Below, one piece after another: positions 37,947 through 47,900 of a stretch of DNA of 64,000 bases. Positions within the stretch are counted from its first letter, which is position 1. The number at the start of each line of letters is the position of its first letter. Below the pieces are notes generated by a model. It made no database searches and had not been told where the DNA came from. It saw only the letters and a list, made by a program, of their open reading frames with translations. The position numbers and the translations under genes were made by a program. The DNA is from a virus: IMG/VR virus record IMGVR_UViG_3300024274_000264; one strand, written 5' to 3'.

Positions 37947-40900
37947 ATGGCAAGTACACTGGAAATTCAGATTCAGCTTAACAAACTTTTAGAAGAGGCT
38001 TCTGAAAAAGTTGAGAAAATGAACGGTCAATATTCAAAGCAAGCAAAAATGCTTGAATACATGACTGAGGCAATTAAAAAAATGAATGACATACTTGGGA
38101 AATTGGCAAATCCAGGTGGAAAACTAGCGAATAGTTTTGAAGCCGCTTCTGAAGCAGCAAAAGAAGCAGGCGGATCTATGGATTCTTCTCTTCAAAAAGC
38201 TTCAGAAAAAATTAATTCTACTTCTACTTCAACAAAAAAACTTGGTGGTAATTTTGGAGAGGTTTCAAAAGAACTTACAAAATTAAATGCTGGTATTTCT
38301 ATTGTTGGCGGAATTGGAAAAGCAATATCTTTTGTTGCTCAGTCTGCGATGAGTGCTTTACAAATGATTCAAGGAATTGGAAGTGGTATTTTCGAAATAG
38401 GAAAATCAGTTTTGGCATTTCCTTTTAAGTTACTTGATGGTTTAATTTCAATGGCCAGTGTTGGCGGAAGTAATGAACTTGCACAAGAATTGGAAGAAAT
38501 AAGAAAACAATTTGGATATTTGAATAAAACAGCGGGCGGTACCATCATTGACCTTGCAAAAAACATGAAAGGAGAACTTGCGAATACTGGAATTAGTGTT
38601 TGGAGAACGTTTGGAAACTTAGTCGAGCGTTTAAGGTACTTTAGGGAATATGCGCAAAAACTTGGCGAAACTGTTGATGCTGTTTTTAGAGACTTGAGTG
38701 TTTCGCAAGCGGAAGCTCTTGGAGCTTTTAATAAAGGTTTAGGATTTACTGACGAAGGATTAAAAGGTGTTGCCCAAAGGTCATTAGCAACAGGGCAAAG
38801 TTTAAATGAGATTAACAGACAGGTTGGAAATTATTCGATTCAACTTAGTAAAGCTTTTGGTGTTTCAATGAAACTTGTTTCTCGCGATGTTGGAAACATG
38901 ATTGCAGATTTTGAACACTTTGGACACATTTCAGTAAAAGAAATGACTCAAGCGGCAGTTTATGCAAGAAGACTAGGTATTGAAGTTAAATCACTAGGTA
39001 AACTCGTTGATAAATATATGAATTTTGAAGACGCCGCAAATTCTGCCGCACAACTTTCACAAGCGTTTGGATTAAATGTCGACGCATTTCAATTAATGCA
39101 AGAACAAGACCCAGCGAAGAAATTAGAAATATTGCGAAAAGGTTTTTTTGCAGCGGGTAGAACAATCGAAACAATGACCGCGCAAGAAAGAAGACTTTTG
39201 GCTCAGCAAACAGGATTAGGTGAATCAGAATTGGCTCTTGCATTTGCTCAAAAAAATAGGGCTCTTTCTTATGCTGACATTCAGAAAAAAGGCGATGCGG
39301 CAAAAAAATCACAACTTTCTCAAGAGCAAGTTTTAAACAAATTAGCAGGAGCAATTGAAAGACTCGTTAAATCGGGTTCTGCTATGCAAGGTGGATTTTT
39401 TGATAGATTTATTCAAGGGTTTGTTTCTGGTATTCGTTATACTAAAGAGTTTAGAGAACTGATGAGAAATCTTCAGCGATCTCTAACAATGGTATTTTAT
39501 GCTGGTCGTCAAGTTGGTTTGGTATTTGGTCAATTATTCCCAGGAGTCAAAGAATTTTTTGGTGGATTAAGAGATATGTTTAATCCGCGAATTATGAAAA
39601 CATTTCTAAATAAAGTGGTTGGTTCATTTAAAGATTTTTTTAGAGAAATGACAACAAATCCAGCGGCAGCACTTCCTAAATTATTGGATAGACTACAAGA
39701 AGCTTTTTCTGATAGATTTAGTGCCGCGGGCGCGGGTGCTCGTAAAGTTTTTGACGGAATTAAAAAATTTTTTAAAGCTGTTGGATATATCTTTCTTTCT
39801 GGAATAAAAGAAGCGTTACTAGGTCTAGGCAAAACCATTGCTCCATTAATAAACTCAATTTTTTCTGACAATACATTTGATAATGTTGGAAATCAGCTAG
39901 GAGAGTCAGTAGACGGAATCGGTGGGACACTTTCTAGAATGTTTAGAGATGTTTTTGGAGAAGAAGGATCTCCAGCGAGACAAAAGATTTCCGCAGCTTT
40001 AAGCAAATTTGCAGATTCCATCTGGACAGCCGCCAAATTTTTCATTGGAAAAATAGCAGAAAAAATGCCAGATTTATTTAGAATAATTTCTGATGGACTT
40101 TCTATTGGCGAAGGAACAGTAGCAAAATCAAATACAGGTGATAAGTTCGTATCTGGATTGGTTGAATCGTTTGAAAAAACGAAACCTCATCTTATTAAAA
40201 TTACAGAATCATTAGGAACAATGCTATTAACAGGATTAGCTTCTGCATTAACTTCCTCAAGACTATGGGCAAATATTGGAAAACAAATCTTGCAAAATAT
40301 TACAAACTTGTTTGTTGTTTTGCCAATGTGGGCAGTTGGTTTTCTTGCTGAGTTAGGTCAAGATTTTTTTGCTGGCATTGGTAAATTATTCAACAACCTT
40401 GGAGAATACTTTGCTAATAAATTTAATAGTAGTATTGGAAAAACTGTTGGAAAAATTTTCAATATCATTTTTCGTTCATTCGGTTTACTTTCAAATGCAT
40501 TAGCCGTTGGGTTTAAGCTCATTTCAAGATCTATTTATGCAACTTCTTTATTTTTTACTGAGTTGTTCGATAGCCCAGCTAAAGCAGTAGAAACTTTAAA
40601 AACAAGATTTAATACACTTAAAACAGATCTTATCAATGATTTAAAGCGTTCTTTTAATTCATTTTTAGACGCAGTTCCAGATAGAATAAAAGAATGGCTT
40701 GGAATAAGACCATTTAATATCCCAATACCATCTACATCTAAAAATCCCGCGGTGCAAATGCTTAAACAGGCAGAAGCGCAATCTCAAACGAGTGGTCGAA
40801 ACATACAAGAAAACTTAACAAATGCGTTAGAACCACCAGCTATCCAGACACGACATTCAGAAAATTCTTCTTTAAGTGAACGAGTTTCAACAATAAGAGA

Positions 40901-41531
40901 TTCGATACAATCCGCCTCTGAAGTTGGTCGTATTGATCAACGAAAAGCAGAAGCTTCGATGCAAAAACTACAAGAATTTGCAACAAGGCTTGGGCCAACT
41001 CTTAAAAACACACAAACTGTTCTTAATAGAAGTTTGGAAGGTGTTGATATGGATAAATTAACTTCAAATATTGAATCTTATAAATCAATTATTGAAAACA
41101 TAAATTCAATTAGAACTTTAACTTCTCGGCAATTGCAATCAATTTCAGTGTCTGATTTAATGCCATTGGCGAATAGTATAGATGCCCTTACGACATTTTC
41201 GTCCTCGCCAATGCTCACCAGGCTCGAAAAAACATTAACGGCGGCAGAAACAAGCACAAGAATAACAGGTATTCAAAACACCTCAAACGCTATCAAAGAC
41301 ATGGTTGAAACAATAAATCAAACCTCTCGCGAACTTGCTAAATTGCAACCTGTTAATATTCAAACAAATCTTAATCGTTTAGCTGCAAATCTTGGTCTTG
41401 GAAACAATTCTGTTTATACAATTAGAAATGAAAACTTTAACATTCAAGTAAATGTTAACGTACATATGGATGCAAAAGAAGTAGAAAAAATATTGATTGA
41501 AAGACCAGATACAAGAATTCGTCATACATAA
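37947..41531 (+). CDS. Tail tape measure-like protein
   Basis: 1194 aa, A/G/L/F-rich helical periodicity; lies between the gp26-like and baseplate genes. Confidence 0.8.
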   Translation: MASTLEIQIQLNKLLEEASEKVEKMNGQYSKQAKMLEYMTEAIKKMNDILGKLANPGGKLANSFEAASEAAKEAGGSMDSSLQKASEKINSTSTSTKKLGGNFGEVSKELTKLNAGISIVGGIGKAISFVAQSAMSALQMIQGIGSGIFEIGKSVLAFPFKLLDGLISMASVGGSNELAQELEEIRKQFGYLNKTAGGTIIDLAKNMKGELANTGISVWRTFGNLVERLRYFREYAQKLGETVDAVFRDLSVSQAEALGAFNKGLGFTDEGLKGVAQRSLATGQSLNEINRQVGNYSIQLSKAFGVSMKLVSRDVGNMIADFEHFGHISVKEMTQAAVYARRLGIEVKSLGKLVDKYMNFEDAANSAAQLSQAFGLNVDAFQLMQEQDPAKKLEILRKGFFAAGRTIETMTAQERRLLAQQTGLGESELALAFAQKNRALSYADIQKKGDAAKKSQLSQEQVLNKLAGAIERLVKSGSAMQGGFFDRFIQGFVSGIRYTKEFRELMRNLQRSLTMVFYAGRQVGLVFGQLFPGVKEFFGGLRDMFNPRIMKTFLNKVVGSFKDFFREMTTNPAAALPKLLDRLQEAFSDRFSAAGAGARKVFDGIKKFFKAVGYIFLSGIKEALLGLGKTIAPLINSIFSDNTFDNVGNQLGESVDGIGGTLSRMFRDVFGEEGSPARQKISAALSKFADSIWTAAKFFIGKIAEKMPDLFRIISDGLSIGEGTVAKSNTGDKFVSGLVESFEKTKPHLIKITESLGTMLLTGLASALTSSRLWANIGKQILQNITNLFVVLPMWAVGFLAELGQDFFAGIGKLFNNLGEYFANKFNSSIGKTVGKIFNIIFRSFGLLSNALAVGFKLISRSIYATSLFFTELFDSPAKAVETLKTRFNTLKTDLINDLKRSFNSFLDAVPDRIKEWLGIRPFNIPIPSTSKNPAVQMLKQAEAQSQTSGRNIQENLTNALEPPAIQTRHSENSSLSERVSTIRDSIQSASEVGRIDQRKAEASMQKLQEFATRLGPTLKNTQTVLNRSLEGVDMDKLTSNIESYKSIIENINSIRTLTSRQLQSISVSDLMPLANSIDALTTFSSSPMLTRLEKTLTAAETSTRITGIQNTSNAIKDMVETINQTSRELAKLQPVNIQTNLNRLAANLGLGNNSVYTIRNENFNIQVNVNVHMDAKEVEKILIERPDTRIRHT

Positions 41532-41564
41532 TATCAATTTCTTTTTTATACTAAAGGAATAGTC

Positions 41565-42416
41565 ATGTCAAAAACATTAATAATATCTGACGATTTTCTA
41601 TTTGTTGAAACAATAAAAAGATTTACAAAACAATCAAGTTCAAATTTTGTCTTCGCAAATGAAACAATTTTAGATATATATAATGAATTTATTGGAATTT
41701 GTAAATTGCACGATATAGAAAACATTATTTTTTTTGAAAATTCAACATTTTCTGAGGAAAATTTTATTTTACAACAAAAAAGATATTTAAATATTTATGA
41801 TGCTTTAAATTTTTTTAAAATGAAAAAATTCATAAGCTATATAGATTTCAATAAAATAAATTTAAAATCAAAAAAAGTTTACAAAGAAGAAGAAATATTT
41901 GATGATTCTAATCAAATTTTTAATATAAATAAAAAATTTTTATTAAAAAACAATGAAATAATAAATAATTTACAAGCAACAAAATGTGTTTCAATAGCAC
42001 ATGGAGAACTTTATGGAAGAGAATCGAATAACTCTATTATTTCTTCTTATGTACAAAAATTTGAATTAGCGAAAGAAAATAATTCTCAAGTCGAAATTAT
42101 TGAAAACGCAAACAATGAATATCAATTAACTTTCATTGACAACATCGTTGACATTAGTTTATACATATTATTCGAAAATGAAAAACTCAATAAAATTAAT
42201 AATCTTTTTTGGAATATCGCTTCACCCGAAATAATAAAAACAAAAGATATCATTCATGAAATTTCTAAATATTACAAAAATGTTAAAATTTTATTTGAAA
42301 ACAATTCAGAAGTAGAACTGCAAAATTTTTTAAATACAGAAAAATTTATTTTAGATTTTGTTCAGTATCCATATATAAAATTCGAAGAAGCGTTAAAAAT
42401 AATTTTAACAAATTAA
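41565..42416 (+). CDS. Degenerate NAD-dependent epimerase-like protein
   Basis: ELYG, LTFIDNIVD, NIASPE, KFEEALK; glycine-rich and YxxxK motifs absent. Confidence 0.5.
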   Translation: MSKTLIISDDFLFVETIKRFTKQSSSNFVFANETILDIYNEFIGICKLHDIENIIFFENSTFSEENFILQQKRYLNIYDALNFFKMKKFISYIDFNKINLKSKKVYKEEEIFDDSNQIFNINKKFLLKNNEIINNLQATKCVSIAHGELYGRESNNSIISSYVQKFELAKENNSQVEIIENANNEYQLTFIDNIVDISLYILFENEKLNKINNLFWNIASPEIIKTKDIIHEISKYYKNVKILFENNSEVELQNFLNTEKFILDFVQYPYIKFEEALKIILTN

Positions 42417-42455
42417 TAAACATTCTTTAACATTTATGTCATACTAAGAAATTTT

Positions 42456-45122
42456 ATGAAAAAAGAGAAATATAAAATCTTATTATTGTCTGATGATTTA
42501 AGATGTGTTTCTGGTGTTGGCGGTCAATCGAGAATGCTTGTCGAAGCATTAGTTTCAAGCGGAAAATTTTCCGTAAAGCAATTGGGTGGCGCAATGAAAC
42601 ATCCAAATTACGACATTCAGATGCTTCATCCAGATATTGTTGTTAAACCTGTAGATGGATTTGGAACCCCAAATCTTTTAAGACAACTTTTAATAACTGA
42701 AAAGCCAGATGTCCTTTTATTATTCACAGATCCAAGACAGTTTGTTTGGGTTTGGCAAATGGAAGATGAAATTAACCAAATATGTCCAATTGTGTATTGG
42801 CACGTTTGGGATAACGATCCATATCCAGAATACAATTCAGCATTTTATGAGAGTACAGATGTAATAAATTGTATTTCCATGAAAACATATGATTTGTTAA
42901 AAGATAGATATCCAAATAAAGTAAACTATCTCCCACATACCTTTCCAAAAAATTGGTATTATGAATTATCAAAAGAAGAAGTCGAAAAGCTAAAAGCAGA
43001 AACTTTAAAAGATAGAAAAGATTGGTTTTTTACATTATGGGTCAATCGTAATGCTCACCGAAAAATGCCAGCAGATGTTATGCAAGGATTCAAACTTTTT
43101 CTTGATATGCTTCAAGAAAAAGAAGGACATAAAAATGCTTTGCTCGTAATGCACACAAATCCAAAAGATCCAGAAGGGCCAGATCTTGAAGCAGTAGCAG
43201 AAATGCTTAAAATTTCTGACAGGGTAATGTTTTCTGTTGGGCAAATAGATATTCCAGATATGAATCGACTTTACAATGTTGCCGACACCATTGTTAATGT
43301 TTCGAGGGCCGAGGGTTTTGGCCTTTGCTTGGATTTTTCCACGAAATTATCAACCAAAGAAGGTATAAAAAATATTTCTGATATTGAAACAGGAGATTTT
43401 GTTTTATCTTTGGATGGTACTTATAATAAAGTTTTAGCCAAATCAAAAAGAAAAGAAAATAATGTTGTAAAAATAAAAGCATCAAGAATAAAAGAAATTA
43501 CATCTTCTAAAGAACATCCATTTTTAGTTTGTAAAGATCCAGAAACATCTCCTGATGAATTGAAATGGGTTCAAGCTTCTGAAGTTAAAATTGGTGATTT
43601 TCTCTGTATCCCAAAAAATAAAGAAATTTTTAACGGAGAATACAAAACAATGTTTAAAATAACAGATTTCCTTTTAGCGGAAGATGTTTCTAAGCTTGAA
43701 TTCGAAGATAAATTTGTTTATTTTCCAATGGGTTTTTCCAGCATTGCCAATGGTATTTCAATAAAAGAAATAGGAAATTTATTAGGTTTAAAAAAACATC
43801 ATTCTGAAATTTTACGAAAATATATTGGCAATATTCCACAACGAAGAGGCGTAAAAATAAAAGAAAGATTAGAAAAACAAAAACAGGAATTAATAAAACT
43901 AATACCAGATCTTAAAATCAACAAAAAATTAATAAAAGTTAATAACGAATTGAAAATAAATGAAGAATTTATGAAAATTTACGGCTGGTACCTTGCAGAA
44001 GGTTCTGTTGGAAAAAACTTAAAATCTTCATTAGAAATTTCTTTTCATATTGACGAATTGGAAGTAGCAAATTGGTTTAAAACTTATTTTAAAGAAAATT
44101 TCAATGTTGATGGGAAAATAGAAATACATAAAACTCAAAACAAATGTAGATTTGTTTGTTCTTCTTCTATCTTGGCTAAATTTTTTGGAACTATTTCTGG
44201 CTATGGAGCGAAACAAAAATCGATACATAAACAATTTTTGCCATTGTTGAAAAATAAAGAATTTGCAAGTGCCTTAATAAAAGGATTATTCTTGGGGGAT
44301 GGACATTTTTCAAAAAATAAAAAAGTAGCATCTTACAATACAATAAGCCCAATTTTAATAAATCAAGTTATTGAAACACTCCATATGTATAATATTTGTC
44401 CAAATTTATATATCAAAAAAGCAAATGAGCAATTTAATCAAAAAGAATCTTATCAACTTGGTTTCACTGGTAAAGAATATGAAAAACTTTGCGCATTTAT
44501 AAACAAAAAACCAAACACTTCTAAAAGTGAAGGAAAAAATCACACTTTATATTTTACAGAAAATAAAATTTTTGTTCCTGTTACATCTAGCAAAACTGTA
44601 ACTTTGGATTCTGAAATTGATTTATTTGATATCCAAGTCGAAAATACTCATAACTTTGTCGCCAATAGAATTATTGTACACAATTCTACATTACAAGCAT
44701 TAACACTGGGCAAACCAGTTGTTGCGTTAAAGACTGGTGGCATGACCGAACAAATGACCGATAAAAACGGCAATGTTCACGGTGTTGCTCTAGAACCAGT
44801 AGAAAGATATCTTGTTGGATCACAAGCAACGCCATATATTTATGATGATCATTTTTCAAAAAAAGAATTAGCAGAAGGACTTTATAAGGTTTATAAACTT
44901 ACACCAGAAGAAAAAGAAAAAATTAATAGAGAAGCAAAAGCTCACGTTGAAGAACAGTTTAATTATGAAACTGTTACAGGCAAATGGATTCAAATTCTTG
45001 AACAAACAATCCAAAATTGGAGAGAAGATAAAAAAGAAAAAAATTGGGGATTAATACAATTTAATACTCCCAAAAAAACTATGAACGAAGTCCAAATAAA
45101 CAAACCAAAGGTGAAAAAATGA
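42456..45122 (+). CDS. GT4 glycosyltransferase with LAGLIDADG intein
   Basis: SGVG, VNRNAHRK, EGFGL|STLQA, GKPVV..TGG. Confidence 0.92.
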   Translation: MKKEKYKILLLSDDLRCVSGVGGQSRMLVEALVSSGKFSVKQLGGAMKHPNYDIQMLHPDIVVKPVDGFGTPNLLRQLLITEKPDVLLLFTDPRQFVWVWQMEDEINQICPIVYWHVWDNDPYPEYNSAFYESTDVINCISMKTYDLLKDRYPNKVNYLPHTFPKNWYYELSKEEVEKLKAETLKDRKDWFFTLWVNRNAHRKMPADVMQGFKLFLDMLQEKEGHKNALLVMHTNPKDPEGPDLEAVAEMLKISDRVMFSVGQIDIPDMNRLYNVADTIVNVSRAEGFGLCLDFSTKLSTKEGIKNISDIETGDFVLSLDGTYNKVLAKSKRKENNVVKIKASRIKEITSSKEHPFLVCKDPETSPDELKWVQASEVKIGDFLCIPKNKEIFNGEYKTMFKITDFLLAEDVSKLEFEDKFVYFPMGFSSIANGISIKEIGNLLGLKKHHSEILRKYIGNIPQRRGVKIKERLEKQKQELIKLIPDLKINKKLIKVNNELKINEEFMKIYGWYLAEGSVGKNLKSSLEISFHIDELEVANWFKTYFKENFNVDGKIEIHKTQNKCRFVCSSSILAKFFGTISGYGAKQKSIHKQFLPLLKNKEFASALIKGLFLGDGHFSKNKKVASYNTISPILINQVIETLHMYNICPNLYIKKANEQFNQKESYQLGFTGKEYEKLCAFINKKPNTSKSEGKNHTLYFTENKIFVPVTSSKTVTLDSEIDLFDIQVENTHNFVANRIIVHNSTLQALTLGKPVVALKTGGMTEQMTDKNGNVHGVALEPVERYLVGSQATPYIYDDHFSKKELAEGLYKVYKLTPEEKEKINREAKAHVEEQFNYETVTGKWIQILEQTIQNWREDKKEKNWGLIQFNTPKKTMNEVQINKPKVKK
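43326..44684 (+). mobile_element. Intein (453 aa) with LAGLIDADG endonuclease in GT4
   Basis: CLDFST start, SKEHPF block B, YGWYLAEG and IKGLFLGDG, LFDIQV..HNF, VHN/S. Confidence 0.95.
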
Positions 45123-46309
45123 AAAAAAAAGTTCTTTTAAGAGGTCCATTTACAATAGCGTCAGGTTATGGTGTTCACGCAAGACAAATAGCTAGATGGT
45201 TTTATGACAATCAAGAAAGTTTTGATGTTAAATTCGAATTAACTCCGTGGGGAGAATGTTATTCTATTGTGGATATATCTCAAGAAAATGGATTAATTGG
45301 TTGGATATATCAAAATATGGCATCTGAATTAGATTATAAAAACATATTTGATTTATCTGTTCAAGTTCAACTTCCAAATGAATGGGACCCAGGCAAAGCA
45401 CGAACAAACATTGGTGTAACTGCTGGTGTTGAAGCTTCATTTTGTAATCCAGAATGGGTTAGGTCAGTAAATTGTATGTCAAAAGTGATTGTTCCATCAG
45501 AATTTACAAGATCTAGTTTTGTTGCCTCTTCTGAAATGTCTGGAATTAAGCTTATCACAGACATTATTGTAATTCCAGAGTCTTTTCATCCAGTTTTTGA
45601 AAAAGAAACTGTTTCAAAATCAATTGAGCTAAATTTAGATTCAGATTTTAACTTTTTAATGTTTGGCCAGCTTACTGGAAATAATCCATTTAATGATAGA
45701 AAAAATATTCCTTTTGCTTTAAAATGGTTTATAGAAGAATTTAAAGGGAATTCAAACATTGGTCTTGTGTTAAAGACTGGTGCTGCGAGGGCTCATCACA
45801 TTGATAAAAGAATTATCGCAGTTACATTTCAGCAATATTTAATGGATATAGGATACAATTCTGATACAGATCCAAGAATAACGATTCTACATGGAAATCT
45901 TTCAAATGAAGAAATGTTTTCTTTGTACAAAAATGAAAAAATTAAAGGTTTGCTTGCCCCAACACATGGCGAAGGATTTTTCATTCCTGGAATAAATGCG
46001 GCAGCCTCTGGCTTGCCTGTTTTGGCAACAAACTGGTCGGCACACACCGAATTTTTAAATCTTGGGAAATGGATTAAATTCGATTATAACCTTGTTGATG
46101 TTCACGAATCAAGAGTAGATCAAAATATTTTTATGAAAGGTACAAAATGGGCAGACCCCGTTGAAAAAGATGTTAAATTCAGAATGCGTAAATTTTACCA
46201 AGATTGTGAAATGCCAAAAAAATGGGCGAAAGAACTTGAACCTATAATAAAACAAAAATATTCTTATGAAGCTTTAAAAGAACATTACAACAACATGTTT
46301 TTATCATAA
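45119..46309 (+). CDS. GT4 glycosyltransferase
   Basis: SGYGVHAR, DRKNI, THGEGF, SGLPVLATNWSAH. Confidence 0.9.
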   Translation: MKKKVLLRGPFTIASGYGVHARQIARWFYDNQESFDVKFELTPWGECYSIVDISQENGLIGWIYQNMASELDYKNIFDLSVQVQLPNEWDPGKARTNIGVTAGVEASFCNPEWVRSVNCMSKVIVPSEFTRSSFVASSEMSGIKLITDIIVIPESFHPVFEKETVSKSIELNLDSDFNFLMFGQLTGNNPFNDRKNIPFALKWFIEEFKGNSNIGLVLKTGAARAHHIDKRIIAVTFQQYLMDIGYNSDTDPRITILHGNLSNEEMFSLYKNEKIKGLLAPTHGEGFFIPGINAAASGLPVLATNWSAHTEFLNLGKWIKFDYNLVDVHESRVDQNIFMKGTKWADPVEKDVKFRMRKFYQDCEMPKKWAKELEPIIKQKYSYEALKEHYNNMFLS

Positions 46310-46316
46310 TACAATA

Positions 46317-46673
46317 ATGTTTTTTTTATTAGTCACAAGTTTAATACTGAATATTGTTGTTATAACAATTTTATATTTTTTGTGGAAAAAGTTTAAATTA
46401 ACTGCCCAAATAATTTTCTTGTTTGAAGATTCGTTTCCAGAATTGCTTTTGTTGCATAATAAAAGCATAACGGCAGCTAATAATATATTAGACAATGAAT
46501 TTTTTGTCGTAACACCAGAAGCTGGTGAGAAATTCCATAATTTTATGGCTAGCATAACAGAATCAAGAAATTCTACTTTAAGAATTATACAACTTTTACA
46601 AGAAGTGGATTCTAATATAAACAAATCAATCGAAATCAAAGTAAAATCTACTGAGAAAGAAAATAATGAATAA
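46317..46673 (+). CDS. Membrane-anchored hypothetical protein
   Basis: N-terminal TM helix. Confidence 0.6.
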   Translation: MFFLLVTSLILNIVVITILYFLWKKFKLTAQIIFLFEDSFPELLLLHNKSITAANNILDNEFFVVTPEAGEKFHNFMASITESRNSTLRIIQLLQEVDSNINKSIEIKVKSTEKENNE

Positions 46674-47397
46674 TAAACGCGGCAAAAAAATTATAAAAAG
46701 AAAACCAGGATCTGGTCCAAGTGCAAATTATTTCACAAAAGAAACCGAGGAGGCCGCTATAAAATTCAAATATGAAGAAGACATGGAAAAAAAACATGAA
46801 ATCTTTATAGAGAAAATTTACGAACCTTTTAAAAAACTTGTTGAAAATCTCATTAATGTATACAACTATAAAACAAATTACGAAACAAAAGAAGAACTTA
46901 GAGATCGCGGCGTCGCACAATTATTTCAAATAATTTCAAAATTTGACGAAACAAAAGGTTCAAAAGCTTTTTCTTATTATAACGTTGTTGCAAAACATTT
47001 TTTAATCGTAGAAGCAAAACAAGCAACGAAACAGGCACATTCCTTAATTTCTATAGAAGATACAGAAGCTTTTACAAATCACGAAATTGAAACTATTGAG
47101 AATTATAAAATCGATCCCTCTTCGGAAGATACAATGATTCAAAATGAAAAATTTCAAGAAATAAAAGAAATAATTTTGGAAATGCAAAAGAAAACAACTT
47201 CCGAAAACGAAAAACTTGTTCTAAACAGTATTGAGCAGATAATTTCAAATATTAACCTTTACGATGATTTAACTAAAAAAACTGCACTTTCACTTTTGCG
47301 AGATGCGACATTAATGAATAATAAACAACTTTCTACAACACTCTCAACTTTAAAAAAAGTATACAAACAAACCAAAAAAGAAGTTGAGAGTGTTTGA
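46666..47397 (+). CDS. Phage sigma factor (T4 gp55-like late sigma)
   Basis: NYFT, KLVENLI, KFDETKGSKAFSYY region-2-like motif. Confidence 0.75.
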   Translation: MNNKRGKKIIKRKPGSGPSANYFTKETEEAAIKFKYEEDMEKKHEIFIEKIYEPFKKLVENLINVYNYKTNYETKEELRDRGVAQLFQIISKFDETKGSKAFSYYNVVAKHFLIVEAKQATKQAHSLISIEDTEAFTNHEIETIENYKIDPSSEDTMIQNEKFQEIKEIILEMQKKTTSENEKLVLNSIEQIISNINLYDDLTKKTALSLLRDATLMNNKQLSTTLSTLKKVYKQTKKEVESV

Positions 47398-47900
47398 TGA
47401 AAGAAACTGAAATTGTATTTCAAAATGAAGAATCTATAGAACTTGAAAAAAAAGAAGAATCGGAAGAAGAAAAAATTTCTGAGGCAAAAAACTTTCTTCA
47501 AAATATTGAAGATGAACTATCTGAAGACGTTAAAATACAAGTAAAATCTGGACTAAGTGATTTTAGTCTTCTTCTTTCTGACTTAGAATTAGACCCGCGA
47601 CTTGCAAGCCTTTGGCGTTTAATTTACTCAAATGCTATGACGGATCGAAAAAATGCATTTGCGTTATGGTTAGATTTATATGTTAAAACATATAATAATG
47701 AAGATAAACATTTCCAACATGGACAAACCTTACACAAGTATATGGATATCATGACCAAATCTAATCAACAACTTTTAAAACTTGCAGAACTTGTAGACAA
47801 AGCAAGAGAAAATAAAGAAAGAATTGATGGAGAAAATCTTATCAATAATTTTTTCGATTCCAAAAAGAATGAGTCAACACCAATTAAAAAGAAAAAATGA
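47394..47900 (+). CDS. Hypothetical protein
   Basis: 168-aa ORF coupled to the sigma gene. Confidence 0.65.
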   Translation: MMKETEIVFQNEESIELEKKEESEEEKISEAKNFLQNIEDELSEDVKIQVKSGLSDFSLLLSDLELDPRLASLWRLIYSNAMTDRKNAFALWLDLYVKTYNNEDKHFQHGQTLHKYMDIMTKSNQQLLKLAELVDKARENKERIDGENLINNFFDSKKNESTPIKKKK

